Of a stretch of 64,000 bases of DNA, positions 51,460 through 64,000 are shown in pieces. Every line of letters begins with the position of its first letter. Within the stretch, counting starts at the first letter, position 1. A model generated the notes under the pieces. The model was not told the DNA's origin. It ran no database searches and was given only the letters and a program-made list of their open reading frames with translations. The stretch comes from Dromaius novaehollandiae (taxonomy: Eukaryota), in NCBI RefSeq assembly GCF_036370855.1, contig NC_088098.1:200055336-200119335 (forward strand), written 5' to 3'. The translations under genes and the position numbers were made by a program.

Positions 51460-52360
51460 CAGCTGTGACAGTGTGCTCCTTTTCCCTCCTGTCATGTGCT
51501 CTCTCCCCCTCAACCTGACCTCCCTGTAAACAGCACATAGGCAGGGGCTAATTCAGCATGCGCCAATTAAGGCCCATCTGGCATGCAAATATGACTATGA
51601 GTCAATCATCTCCCCCTTCCATAAACAGGGGGCAGCCCAGAGCCCACTGAGCTCTCCTGCACAGCAGCAGGCTGCACTGTGGAAACTCCTCTTGAGCAGA
51701 CACCTCTCTAGGTTACTCCTCGAGGTCCAGAGATCCCTTACCCATGACAGATCCTCGGTAAGTGATCAATAGCACACTGAAACTGCAACTCGACTAGGTT
51801 GTATCTTCGATCAATTGTGCACATAATCCCTTAGACATAAACCACTGGCCAATCTCCTCACACACTTCACACGTAATTCTTAGACATAATCCATTGACCA
51901 AGTCTGGGACTAGGAATGGATCCAGCCACACCCAGACTCCTCTCCTAAGGAGTCTGAAGAGCAAGGGGGTCCTTTCTGAAGCTCGTGACTCAACCGGAGA
52001 GTCTCCTTCGCACACGCTCCATTAGACATGCACCATTGACCAAGTCTGGGACTAAGACTGGATGCAGCCACATCCAGACTCCTCTCTGAAGGAGTTTGGA
52101 GAGCAAAAGGCGTGTCCTTTCTAAACCTTGTGACTCAACGGGAGGGTCTCCCTGACACTTTCAGTTGACCCTGTTCTCCACGCAGTAAATAACTGAGTGA
52201 ACCTTGCCATCGAACCTCGTTATATCATTGCCTTATTTATGACCACACTTTGTTAAGTCACTATCTGACCACAATAAAACATAGTGCTGCTTCTCTCCTA
52301 TGAATGAAGTGCATTGCCCCACCTGCCCGTGACACCAGCCCATGTGGTAATTGCAAGATT
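51460..52360 (+). mobile_element. Putative LTR / ERV-derived (or other TE-derived) insert. GC- and CpG-rich island in AT-rich intron.
   Basis: Abrupt composition change. Many CpGs (cgcc, cgag, cggt, cgac, cgat...). CCAAT box 'gccaattaagg', octamer 'atgcaaat' and 'cataaaca' at about 51555-51625. 'aataaaacatag' poly(A)-like signal at about 52275. Internal 120-bp tandem duplication. Boundaries (TG...CA) and target-site duplication not resolved. Confidence 0.4.
51890..52150. repeat. Roughly 120-bp unit tandemly duplicated (x2, about 85% identical): 'gaccaagtctgggactaRgaMtggatSc agccacaYccagactcctctc...gtgactcaacSggagRgtctcc'
   Basis: Direct comparison of 51895-52010 with 52028-52150. Confidence 0.7.
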
Positions 52361-54184
52361 ATCAGACTACCATAAAAAAATATAAGATTCAGGACATGCA
52401 AAACTTGCATTACACTCCAGTTTGAAGAAGTTTTGTTCTGACAGAAAGTGTGTTGTGAAGTCCACTGGGATTTTGGAATAAGCTATTTTAGACAGCTGTA
52501 CCCAAGCTCTAAAATTTACATCACGTAAATTTCTTTCTGTAAATTAAAACTGAATTGATCACCAATTCCCCTTGTCGTCCTTTCATTTTCTCTAAAAACA
52601 GGTACTGCATGAGCTGTTTAGTATTCTGGTACCTCACTTATTCTCAAAAAAACAGCCCCAGATGATTCTGAAATTGAATCAGCCACTTGGCTAAAATTTG
52701 AGGCTCATACAACTTGAGAACATCTAAGTTCCCCAAATTATTCTTGAACTCATTCTTTCCCTATTCTGAGCTCATCTGTGGTGCTCAATGGCACTGCTGA
52801 AAAGCAAGATAATCAGATACCACAAACATTTCTTGTATTATGGTACGATGATAAAGCTCAGGTATGTGTCCTCAAGGCGGAGAGGTATAAACCAATACCC
52901 TGATTCAAAAGGGAGAATTCTGGTTATCCGTATTACTGTTTTAGCTTATAGGTGCAGGATGTTAGTTTTATTAAGAACAACACTTTGAAGTGAACACTAC
53001 AGAAGTATTTTCCTTAGTGATACAAAACATATCTCTGAGATAAGAGCGAAAAGAAAATCTGCTGGTGCACAGTGTCCTGAGAAGACTCCCGAGAAGGAAA
53101 AGGAGCCACAGAAATGAAACTTGGAATAGGCATTGTATCAACACCAATGCAGGGAGCCTTTATCACTGTTTTGGCATGATAAAGCTGATGAAGGGAATGG
53201 ACAGTCAACATGCAGATCTGCTACTGTACTGTTAAGAAGAGCTGTCCGAGTGCACAGATAACAAAGCTTATGTTTGTATTTCTGGAACTTTCAAGGAATA
53301 TGGTAAGTTGAACAGATCATTGCTGTTCTGCTATGGAGGAGTACGCCTTTGTGTATTTCAAAAGAGGATGGCTGAGAAAGGTAAGCCTCAAAAAAAATGA
53401 TGAGGAAGGTATTTTCTCCTTGAATTTCTCTTTCCAGGTATAAGTTCAAAGAATGTCACCTTGGTCACCAGCATCTTTTTCTGAATACGAACCTTTTATG
53501 CTCAGTGAACTTATACCTGGCAGAGTCTTATGCTCTAGAATTCAAGACTGACCCAACAGATTTATCTTGCATGTAAAACATGCCTTTTTGCTGTTTTCTC
53601 TAGCCTAGAATGTGAAGGACCTGCATTCAGCACATATTTGGTGAAGCCATGCTCCTCCATCTAGTAGGGTCCCTGTAATTAAAGGCCTAGTTCCTTTCCT
53701 CAGGAGGTAAATGTCTTGGCCTGCCAAGTTTGCGCAACTCCAGTAGGCTAATGTCAGAGACCTAAGGTTTACACTTTTTATGACAACAAACATACATACT
53801 GCCCTGTTCCTCCCAGCTACTGATGAGAACTTGACAACGGCAAGTTCTAAGCAAAGTAGTCTGAAAGAAGACATGCTGTCATGCCTCAACAGAAACAGAA
53901 ATCAAGGCTTATTCAGCCAGGCAAGTGATGTAGCATAGTCTAAACACGAAGCAAAGAGACAAACTGGAACCTGAACCACTTATAAGACTGATCAGTAAAG
54001 AAAATCAGGATTCAAAAGTGGTTATAATGTCAAAGCTATGGTCTACCAGCAAAACTTTGTCATTCATCAATGGCAAATGAAAGGAACTGGGTTTTCCCTA
54101 TTAAGTCCTTGATGCAGGCCAAAAGGAAAAACAGGTTCTGCGCTGCAGAGGCATTGCCAGGGCAAACTCTCCAAACTTGAGCAT

Positions 54185-54410
<226 letters not shown>

Positions 54411-55571
54411 TAAAAGCACTTGGAGAAACATGGCTTGTCAACATTAAATTTTATGAATAACAAATGGTAATAGTTCAATGGCAACAATTATTTGTATAGT
54501 CTTGGTAAAAAAGCTGAAATAGAGTCAGCAGAGAGAGTGAGTTGTAAACAAGATGGCTGCAGGCAGCACGAACACAAGAACACCTTAAGATGTTAAGGTC
54601 AGTTGCACACCAATGGAAGATTACGACACATGCCTCCATAACATTCAAAAGTTGTTAAAAAAGGTAAGTATGGTATTGGTGGGGAAACTTGGTAACTTCC
54701 TAAAAGGCAATCTGAAAATACAAAGAGATTCTTAGACTTGGGCTAAACAGAGCCTTAAACACCTCCAAAGATGGAGGTTCCAAAACATCTCTCTGCAAAT
54801 TGTGCCAGCATTAGATCACTCTCAGGATAAAGTGTTTTTCCTAGTATCTAACTGTAATTTTCCATGTTCCAACTTGTGTCTGTTGCCTCTTGTCCTACCA
54901 GTGTACCTCCTAGAAAGGTCTGGCTCCAGCTTCTCTGTATACACCAAACAGGTAGCTGTGGACAGCCATGAAGCTCCCCTTGAAGCATCCTCCTCTTAAG
55001 GAGGAAGAAGCCCAGTTCCCTCATCCTCTTCTCACACCTCATGTGCTCCAGCCCCTACCCAGCTTGGCTGACTCTGCTTAAACTTGCTGCAGTAGGCCAG
55101 TGACTTTCACTACTGCAAGGTCCAAAACTGGACACAACACTCCAGTGCAGTCTCACAGAGCCTAAGATCACTTCCTTGGACCTGCTAGCTACACTATACT
55201 AAGAAGTCCAGACAAGAACTGACGAGCTGAAGAACTTACTGTTGTTGCTAGTTAAGGTAAGGCAATGCCAGAAACTCCACGAAGGATTGTAACAACTAAG
55301 ATAGTCAAAGAGACTTTTATTCAGGAAGACACAGAAACTTATGATGAAAGCCACTTGAGAAAAGTTTTAAGAAAGTTCTCACCCAGCTAAGCTAAAGGAA
55401 GGAAAAAAAGAAGCCACAAAAGTTCAAAGCAAGGGAAAGTGAAATGCAGGAGCCATAAAAGGGCCTGTATGAGTGCTGGGTTTGACTACAAACATGCTAT
55501 GGATAAATGACATTATGATTGACAACTGAATATTGAAAGCATCAGGTGTTAAGCAACTTACCTTCCTCGTC

Positions 55572-55864
55572 ATCTTCAATTATTTCTTCTATTATGACGT
55601 CAGGGCTGGACAGAGTCTTGGGCAGAACAGGAATATTCGGATGATGTATCATAGTAAGTAACTCTTGTACTCGTGTATTTTTCACTTCTTCGTGAACATC
55701 AAGTTTTGCCAGAGCCTTTATTTTCCTTTCTCTGGTAAGTGCTGGAAAGGTACTGTCTACAGAATAATGAGTATCACAGCCTGGTGGTATTTCTTCTTTG
55801 TCATCAGGCCTAAGAGTGTGTTGTCCATTGTCCTCACTATATTTGGGAAAACATCTATTTGGAG
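55572..55864 (-). CDS. RNF17: RNF17 exon, about 97 codons: 'CFPKYSEDNGQHTLRPDDKEEIPPGCDTHYSVDSTFPALTRERKIKALAKLDVHEEVKNTRVQELLTMIHHPNIPVLPKTLSSPDVIIEEIIEDDEE'
   Basis: Long stop-free minus frame. Acceptor ctccaaatag|A, donor GAGGAAG|GTAAGT (phase 1). Phase-consistent with the next exon. Confidence 0.6.
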
Positions 55865-58800
55865 ACAGGAATTAACAGAACTGGGTTTGTTTCTGGAGAA
55901 GCAGGCAAGTCAAAGCTTTTTTTTTTTTCCCTTTCTTTCTCTCTCCTCCTTTTAAAAACAAATCACAATGCTATGAAAACACCTCATAAAAACTTGCTGA
56001 AACAGTGGAAGTTATTTTAATAATTTCAATATTTATTGAAACGCTTTCAATAAAATAAAATAAAAAAATTTTCAATAAAGACATAAAATAAAAAATAAAT
56101 TTCAATTAAAGACTGGTATTTCTCAAAAAATTGTACGATGTTTTTGAATATCAACACAACAAAACAGTAAAATTATTTCCGAATCCTAAAAAGGAGAAAA
56201 AACTAGGCCACTCTTGGAACTGATCCTTCTTAATTTAACATTGTTCTCTTTTAACCTTTTTTAATAGGACCACTTTACACTATAGACTATGCATTACAGT
56301 ACTTTGCACTATACTGTACTTTATATTGAAAGAAAGATTTTTTTTTACAGCATGCTTTCAAGACTGTCAAATCTGGGTTATTGCAAACTGTAATATATGA
56401 TACCATGGGAGATTCCTGACACCATAAACATACAAGACAGCAGCACAGGTTATTCAGGCCACTGTACATAAAAATGCTTTAAGGAAAATCTGTTTAACAC
56501 TTTTGCCAATGTAATAATAAATCTCAGATAAAGACAGGGCCACTCATTCTTCGAGAAATTATTCCTCAATCTAAGCAAGAGATTCCACAACGGTCCACAA
56601 ACTGCTACAAAACAGTATGCAGAATTTAGTTCATCACCTCTCTAGAGGAAATCCTCCTTTCATTCTTGGGCACAGGTCAGTACAAACATGAGCTGCCCCC
56701 ACTTAAACGACTAAATAGCACCCGTAAGTACAAATGAACTATTTGAAAAGCATTACTAAATGTGAAAGATAGTTTATGTTAAAAACAAAAGGCATGTTAG
56801 ATGCTGTTGTACTGACAGTTACTCTGTACTGTAATCTGCAGGACTGCCAAATATTATTACAGTATTTGACAAACCTTTTCTCAGATTACCATTGATAACA
56901 ATAGGCCTCCATTACATTTTAACAGCAATTCCATTCCATTTTATTTTCTCAAGTTTTTGTCAAATACTGCAGGAAAAGGGGTCTAATTAAAAGTCAGGTT
57001 TTTTTCTGGTTCAGGTTAGTCTTAAATCAATTATCTTGACATTTGCCATAATCAGCATTTAGATTGTAAAGCAAAAATACTATAAATTTCAGTATTTGCT
57101 GTAGATTTTCCAGATGTATTTACACCTACATGAAGCAATTTTTGTATACTGAAATTATAAACATCTCTATTACATAATTAAATGCCAAAGCTGGAATAAC
57201 ATCCATCATTAAAAAACAAGTTTTCAGTACATAACTTAAATGATACAGTGAAAATAGTTGTGTGAAACACATGTAAAACTGAAATATCACCACCGAAACA
57301 CTAACTGGTTTAACTGGAATGCCAACCAAAATGCCAACATCTAAAGTTTTGCTGTGGTTTGTTGTCATACTCTTAGAAGCACACATGGACTTTGTTTTTT
57401 TTCCGCTCCATTTAATCTCTAATTGAACCATTATAAGACTAGGTAAATTACTGTACTTATCCTCTTTATTAAAAGATGCTTACTTAGCTGTTTTTCCCCA
57501 TTCAATCTTCCCCATATTTTTTAACAAGGATGTAATCTCATCAGTATTCACGAAAAAACTAGAAAAAAAGATAAGAAACATTATAAAAGTCACCACGATG
57601 ATCTAGATCACTCGGACACTTTGAGATACACTCATTTTTAGGACAAAATTCCCATAGTACATGAAGAGGCAAAAAAAAGAGGTTAATTACCCATTCCATT
57701 CCTTCACTTGTGGACAAAAAGAGCACTGAAAACTGGCATGTTAACAGCCTATTAACAACAGATTTGATTGTTCATTTATCTTCACATTTATATTTAAAAA
57801 CTCTCTTAGCTTCCTTGCTTCCTTCCTCCCTCACACACACACACACAGTACTCCAGTATTTATATATGGAGTTCTCACCAATAATCATTCTATCAATTTT
57901 TCTTCAGAGAGGAAAAAAAAAAAACTCTCCAAAAATCCTGATGGAATTCCAAAACCTATATATTCTTTTCTTCTTCTGTTTAACATTACACTAATAAACA
58001 GCTCTATTTCCTTTCCCAAATAAAATCTAGTAACATCTTTCAAGTACTTTTACAATAATGAGGCTAGCAGAACTGCAAACATAACTTTACTCAATCGAAT
58101 TGTTAGCTTTGATAACTGTCTAGTCATCATTAACAATTTGTGAAAACTAAAGCATACGCACTATTGAAGAGCCCATCCTCTCTGAAGCATTTTTTCTTTT
58201 TCCTCTATTCAGGAATGCACCTATCCTTTCCTCTTTGATATTTTATACTTACGGAATCAGTCTGAAGTTTTTTGCACCTTACCAGTTGTAATTTTGTCAC
58301 CTACAATGTTATTCTGGAGCAGCACCAGCATGCAAGGCCTTTAGACTCATCCTTTATCAGGTCTCCTTTATTCCTCTTCTAATAATCTACTTTTCATTTG
58401 CAGGTCCTTAAAAGGTCTTGCCGTGCAAATACAATTGACTCTGTATTATGTTTTTTGCTTTCCTCTAGGCTGGAAGAGTTTGCCACTGTGCATTTAAAGC
58501 CTCCTTAAAATGGTCCTTAAATGAAATGGGTTCCCCAACATGTTGCAATAACCTAACACACTACACATCATGCTCTTTCAACAGACATTTAGGCAAGTAA
58601 CAACCATCACTAGCACCAGCTCTTGCTCTTGCCCATGAACTAAAATATCAGCAACAAACCCTTAACCTGACAGCATCCTTATTCTTTCCCTTCTTTATCG
58701 TTTCTCAGTGCACCCCATATACACTAGCACTGCAGTCCTCTGACAAGCCCTGCTGCCAAACTGCACAGTCAGCTAAACCACAGCTGTGACGCATTTCATT

Positions 58801-59079
58801 CCTGATCTTTTCTATTCAGGTATAGAAATTGTATGTTTGCAACTTCTAAGGAGGGCAATGTGGTAAGCAGAGTTTCCAGGAATTTCTTCTTGGATATCTG
58901 TGCTATAAGAAGCATTTAACTTATTAAGTCTTTGCTGAAGATGAGAAAGGGATTCTTTTTTTCTAAGACTTAAGCTGTTACTTCTTCAGTAAGCGAAGAA
59001 GAGAAAGACATTAGAAGCCTGCCAAACATTTTCCAAATGCAGGTGTATTTCTTTTCACATAGCAGCAAACTGTATGTAC

Positions 59080-59230
59080 ACCATAACATCTTTTCTCCTT
59101 GATGTCTCAGATGAAAGATACTGAGCATTTTTAACAGTATGTTTATATACACATGAACTAGGTGAACTAGAAAAAATTTTTGATACACTGCAAGTGAAGC
59201 AGCTTGATTTGTGCTGTTTAACTTCTAAAT
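59080..59230 (-). CDS. RNF17: Candidate unresolved RNF17 exon within a Cys-rich open frame: '...HKSSCFTCSVSKIFSSSPSSCVYKHTVKNAQYLSSETSRRKDVMV'
   Basis: At least one exon with a phase-0 acceptor and phase-2 donor is required between 61158 and 55864. This frame offers two such combinations (aaacag|CAC...CA|GTATCT, or gctcag|TAT...ATGGT|GTACAT). Boundaries not resolved. Confidence 0.2.
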
Positions 59231-59594
59231 GGACAGCTTTTGTCAGTGAGATAATCAGTGCATTCATTTACATTCCCATCTACCTCCAGTTCCAGTCATT
59301 TACCTCAGAGATGTTTTCTCCTTCAAACTATTCACTCTTGAGAGCTCATCCTCAACTGTCAACTTTAGGTTACGAATAATCTGAAATTAAAAAGTGCAGT
59401 CTTAGCTTCTGTTATACAAAAAGCAGATTATGCACACATCTATTAACTACAACATGATACAATCAGAATATGACATTTTGAATTCTACAGAACAAAAATT
59501 TACTCATTTATAACTAATCATAATTAAGGTCACAGTAAGTCCATTCCTTCTCAACACGTCTTCTTACACCACTTAAGACCTAACACTTGCCTTT

Positions 59595-59990
59595 TTTTCT
59601 AACTATAGCTAGAAGGAACTGTTCAGCCTGGAGAAGACTGAGGGGGGATCTTATCAGTGCATATAAATATTTGAAGGGAGGGTGTAAAGAGGATGGGGCC
59701 AGACGCTTCTCAGTGGTGCCTGCAATAGGACGCGAGACAACAGGCACAAACTGAAACACAGGAAGTTCCGTCTAAGCATAGGGGAATACTTCTTTACTGT
59801 TGAGGGTAATGGAGCACTGAAACAGGCTGCTGAGAGAGATTATGGAGTCTCCTTCTTTGGAGATATTCAAAAGCCATCCAGACAGGGTCCTGGGCAACCT
59901 GCTCTACGTGACCATGCTTGAGTAGGGGGGTTGGACTAGATTATCTCCAGAGGTCCCCCTTCCAACCTCAACCATTCTACAATTCTGTGG
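59595..59990 (+). mobile_element. CR1 LINE 3' fragment, about 0.4 kb, plus orientation (antisense to RNF17)
   Basis: Plus-frame ORF2 C-terminal homology ('RRLRGDLISAYKYLKGGCKEDGARRFSVVPAIGRETTGTN') and 3' end '...ccaacctcaaccattctacaattctgtgg' carrying (ATTCTRTG) units. Confidence 0.75.
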
Positions 59991-61157
59991 ATTAGAAAGA
60001 GGAACAGGATTTTGCTTTTGTGTAACAGCCACTGAGAGGACAACTTCTACACAAGAAGGTAGGCTCAACGTGAAGTAGCCTACAGGTGCACAGGGTAGGT
60101 GGGTGTCAGCAGCTAAAGCTCACACTGGGTAACAGAGCAAGTTCCAGGAAAAAAAAGAGGAATCGGACTTCCATCCATGACCAGATGACAGAGACTAGGT
60201 TTCTTCACATGGAAAGTGACAACTGGATGCAGGGAACATGATAGTTTAAAATTGAGTTGCACAGAAGAATGGCGAGGGACCAGTTACTCATTTTATTTCA
60301 CAACACAACTACAAAGGCTCCTAATGAAATAATCAGGTAGCAGATTTAGAAAGAATAAAGGGAGCTATTCTCTATATACTCCTCTTATTTTTAATACTAA
60401 CCTGTGCAACTTGCTGCCTCTGTGTATGTATATGTGTACACACACCTACACACACACACAGAGCACCACCAGCAGTATAAAGGAGTCCAAGGACATGTTA
60501 CACCCGTTTATGACAGAGCGACTCCACTGCTACTCAATGTAATGGCCCTGATGTAACCTCAAATTATAAAATCCCTAACCTGCAATTTCCTATACTCCCA
60601 ACTGCTCACGTTCTCAGCTTTGTCCTCCAAGCATCTTTCCCTGCCTGCTGTCAGAGACAGGAGACTTCATCAGATGGACCTTTGGCTTGACACAGTGCAG
60701 CAGGTATAGTATGTTTCTATGAGCACCAGATACAATGGAGAGGAAGAGTGGTAGCAAAGGCCTGGGACCAGGAGGCTCAGGAGAGCCTGACTATTAAATT
60801 TGGAGCAGTTCGGTGAGGTTAGAGAACTGTGGAATGGGAAAGACTTGAGAGACTTCTGAAGTCCTGAAGTCACTGCCCTTTCACTGGCCGCTGTTCCACT
60901 GTGTCACTGTTGCCCTGCCCTCCCTTTCCATTTGTGGTTTCAGATAGCAAGCTCTTTAGAGGCAAGGACCATATTTTTGTTACCAATCAGTCATCACGCC
61001 CTACTTCGTGACCAAACACAAATTCAGACTGGGAGAGAGGAGTATAAAATACTTAACTGCAAACGTCTCATAAAGAAGGATGGACCACCGTAACTTCCCA
61101 CAAATATTTGAATGTAGTAGTTACAAAAGTTATTTCACAGTGCAAGAATTTAACTAC

Positions 61158-61329
61158 CTGAGTGACATCACAGTAGGTTCTTACAGAAGGTGTAATTTTT
61201 AACTCCTTTGCAATCCTAACAGCACCAATCAAGCAATTTTTCTTCTCTTCAATGTACTGTTTAGCCTTTGCAACTTCTGCACTGTAGTTGTCAATATTCA
61301 TCAATAACTCTGCATACAATTTCCTTTTC
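61158..61329 (-). CDS. RNF17: RNF17 exon: '(R)KRKLYAELLMNIDNYSAEVAKAKQYIEEKKNCLIGAVRIAKELKITPSVRTYCDVTQ'
   Basis: Acceptor tttaatacag|G. The one leading base completes codon AGG with the upstream exon. Donor CTCAG|GTAGTT. Overlaps track ORF 61068..61319(-). Confidence 0.55.
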
Positions 61330-62203
61330 CTGTATTAAAAACAACATTACTTTTCAGAATGTAATAAACACTCAGCAGTGCAGATTCAAACTTCAACTGT
61401 TAAACACAATTGCCGCAGTTCTACCACAACATGAAGTGGATGCATCTCAAACTGCAGTACAGTTTTCCTGATACAGTGATCTATGTGGAAACATGGAAGT
61501 CTGAAATAAAAATCAGGTAAACCAAACAATTTAGCAGTTCACACTGAAGAGCCATATCCTTTAGAGAAACTTTTTTCATTAAATGTTTTAAAAAAGCCGC
61601 TCTTCCAGTCAAGCCTCCAGATATTTCCATACACGTTCAACCGTAGACTAAAAGGCTGAATTCTGTAATTTAGTATTAAGGTATCAGAGCCCCCTTTTAC
61701 AGGCTCTTCTGGGATACTATGCTTTGCCATACATAAATATATACATAGATCTGAAGATACAAATATTCTTGAAAATGAAGAACTAGAAAGGTCCTTGGGC
61801 TTTTATAAGCCCCCAAATTTTCAGAAAGTTGGTTTTGTAAGTTATGCTTATTCTCACACTGATTATCTGTTAATGGTACTATCAATGGTACCATCAATGG
61901 TACCTTTGGAATCAAGCTATTTCGGGGAACAAATAGTCTTATTCATATTCAAGGTTTTTTAAACAACAGAGGCTACATATGCCAGTTTCTTCCAGTTATA
62001 CAATGCCACTCCAAGAACTAATGTACCATTATGAATGGGCAAAAAAGCTGTACAAAGATTATAACAGGTATTATGAAATACTGTTATAAGGAAAACTGAA
62101 ATTTTATTCAGAATTATTTATTTTTAGTTGAATAGGAAATAATTTATTGGTAAGAATAACTCGCTCTCCTCTCCACCCCCAACCTGACAAACCAGAACAT
62201 TAC

Positions 62204-62304
62204 CTTGACTGAAGAGAAGCAGTAAGTTCATCAAACATTCTATCTGCAATTTCTGCCACCTTGTCTCCTTCCCGTTTCACTTTCAATTCCAAGTATTTCA
62301 GCAT
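62204..62304 (-). CDS. RNF17: RNF17 exon: 'MLKYLELKVKREGDKVAEIADRMFDELTASLQS'
   Basis: Acceptor tgtaatag|ATG (phase 0), donor TCAAG|GTAATG (phase 2). Coiled-coil-like composition. Confidence 0.55.
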
Positions 62305-63436
62305 CTATTACATTCAATATTGAATGAATATCCATTTACTCATTGTTCTCACACTAATATTTCTGGTTTTATTCAGAACAGAACAAATGAATCAATGAAC
62401 TGAGAGAGTGACAAACAATCCAGCAGAAGACATGACAGTAAACCACGCTGTGCTTGGTCTTGACTAAAAACAAACAAAAAAACCCCCCAAACAGAAAGAC
62501 CCACAATGCCAGGTTTTAACCTTCAGTTTTCAGTACTGTAACTGTCAGCAGAACTACGATTCTTTGAACTATCAGGCCTCACCACAGACTGAATTACAGT
62601 AATAGAGGATAACTATAAAGATACAATAGGGGAAAAAATTATAGCTCACCCATCATTTTCTTTTCTCTAAGCTCAAATCAGCTCACACTGTCTGCATCAT
62701 GTCAACCAAAGTCTTTAGGTCTAACAGGCAAGAGGTATCTTCCTGTCTTGGACTCACGGCCTCGCTTTCCTTACTTGACATTCTAATATAGCAGTGCGCA
62801 CAGGTAATTATCAAGCTATGATTCCTACTATTTTTTAAACTCATTGTAAGCACTAAGGAAACAAAAGGTTTTTCCTCTTGTTAAGCATCAGTTCTCTGTT
62901 GTTATAGTTACATTTGATAGAGAGATTGGTTTTTTAAAAGAAAAAAAAAAAAGAAAAGAAGAAAAAAAGCTCTCAGTAATACAACACTGCACTGGCAATA
63001 CTAGGCCTTTACTGAAAAGCTGTTGGAAGACCACAGTTGCGTGCATTAGCTATAAAAATTGCCAAAATGCAAGGTTTTTACAAGATGACAGATCAGCCAC
63101 TGCAGCAAGACAAATTGGAAAGGGAAGGGAAAACAGTGTTCAGGAGCACTTCATGCAAGACTTAATAGAATGATTTTGTTTTAGATTTTTGGACCATAAA
63201 ACATTTCTGTGCCTGGATAACTTAAAATACACATAAAATTTCAATAAATGGCAAAGATACAAGCTTCTCCTTAGCACACAATATAAATAAGAATTAAAGT
63301 TGAAATAAATAATCAATAAGGAAGCTGATAGGATACCTAGTAAAACCTTTTTGTTAAGAGCATTATCCAGTTATTTTAGGATTTTTCCTGTATTATTTTC
63401 TGCATACAAGAATGCCTGACTTTACATCATCTGTGT

Positions 63437-63440
63437 TTTG

Positions 63441-63472
<32 letters not shown>
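63437..63472. repeat. (T)~36 homopolymer
   Basis: Direct reading. Confidence 0.9.
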
Positions 63473-63473
<1 letters not shown>

Positions 63474-63901
63474 TTTAAGAGAAATATTACCCCCCTTGCC
63501 CACAGATAACTTCTTTCCCATCTTTAGATCCAGAAGGAGGCACAAGAAAGCTAAGAGTTAGCTTGGTTGTTAGAATAAAAAAGAATGCTGCACTTCACCC
63601 TGATGCATGGAAACACAACCTAGTACTTCAAGGCTGGCTTATAAACAGTTCTGTTGAAGTTACTGGGTCCGTCCACATATGTAAGTAAAGCACAGGCTCA
63701 TGTACTTTGTACAGTCTGGAGCTTAATGCTGCACATTCCACAAAAATAATGCAGACAGTTAAAGGACAGAACAGACATCGAAATAAACACTGCAAAGGCA
63801 GTAAGAGCATGAACATGGTTTTGTGCGCCTACTCATAAGAAAAAGCTTTAATCAAGGATAAGACTTAATATTTAAAGATGTATTCAATTTATTTTCACTC
63901 A

Positions 63902-64000
63902 CCTCATCTGCATCTTTTAAGTGGCTGAGATTACAAATAGCCATCCACAAAGCTTCATCAACATCTTCCATAGTTTTGCTGTCCTGGTGAAAAATTTGCC
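63902..64000 (-). CDS. RNF17: RNF17 N-terminal-region exon (partial, continues beyond the window): '...QIFHQDSKTMEDVDEALWMAICNLSHLKDADE'
   Basis: Minus-strand open frame ending at donor GATGAG|GTGAGT, phase 0. Joins the phase-0 acceptor of the next exon. Confidence 0.5.

Noticed and set aside
57126-57431. 101-aa minus ORF in the RNF17 gap region
   Set aside because: It is hydrophobic and low-complexity with no flanking splice consensus. It is probably intronic.

Overview
This window is vertebrate (almost certainly avian, chicken-like) nuclear DNA, not a prokaryotic locus. The evidence is AT-rich introns, canonical GT-AG splice sites, CR1 (chicken repeat 1) LINE fragments carrying the diagnostic (ATTCTRTG)n 3' ends and the 'gggacctctggagatcatctagtccaac' motif, and microsatellites. 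Two convergent, tail-to-tail protein-coding genes fill the window.

(1) Plus strand, 1-8358: the 3' half of CENPJ/CPAP, 11 exons. It starts inside the large internal exon and ends with the TCP10/G-box C-terminus ('[10 protein letters not shown]...[13 protein letters not shown]'). The stop is TAG at 8356-8358 and the AATAAA signal at 8469-8474.

(2) Minus strand, from about 12326 to beyond 64000: most of RNF17 (TDRD4), the human 13q12.12 neighbour of CENPJ. I reconstructed it as a chain of about 30 exons whose intron phases agree at nearly every junction. They encode coiled-coil N-terminal segments and five extended Tudor (eTudor/SN-like) domains. The 5' end, with the RING exon and promoter, lies beyond 64000.

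Between and within the genes are four 5'-truncated CR1 LINEs (three in RNF17-sense orientation), one LTR/ERV-like GC- and CpG-rich insert with a 120-bp internal tandem duplication and promoter-like motifs, a roughly 225-bp compound (CA)n(TA)n microsatellite, several 25-35-nt homopolymer runs and G/C runs of 13 nt or more. I found no prokaryotic-style system, CRISPR array or RNA gene.

All coordinates were read by hand from the printed sequence. Treat exon boundaries as approximate to within a few nucleotides. One place where my reading disagreed with the ORF track is flagged under noticed_but_rejected.
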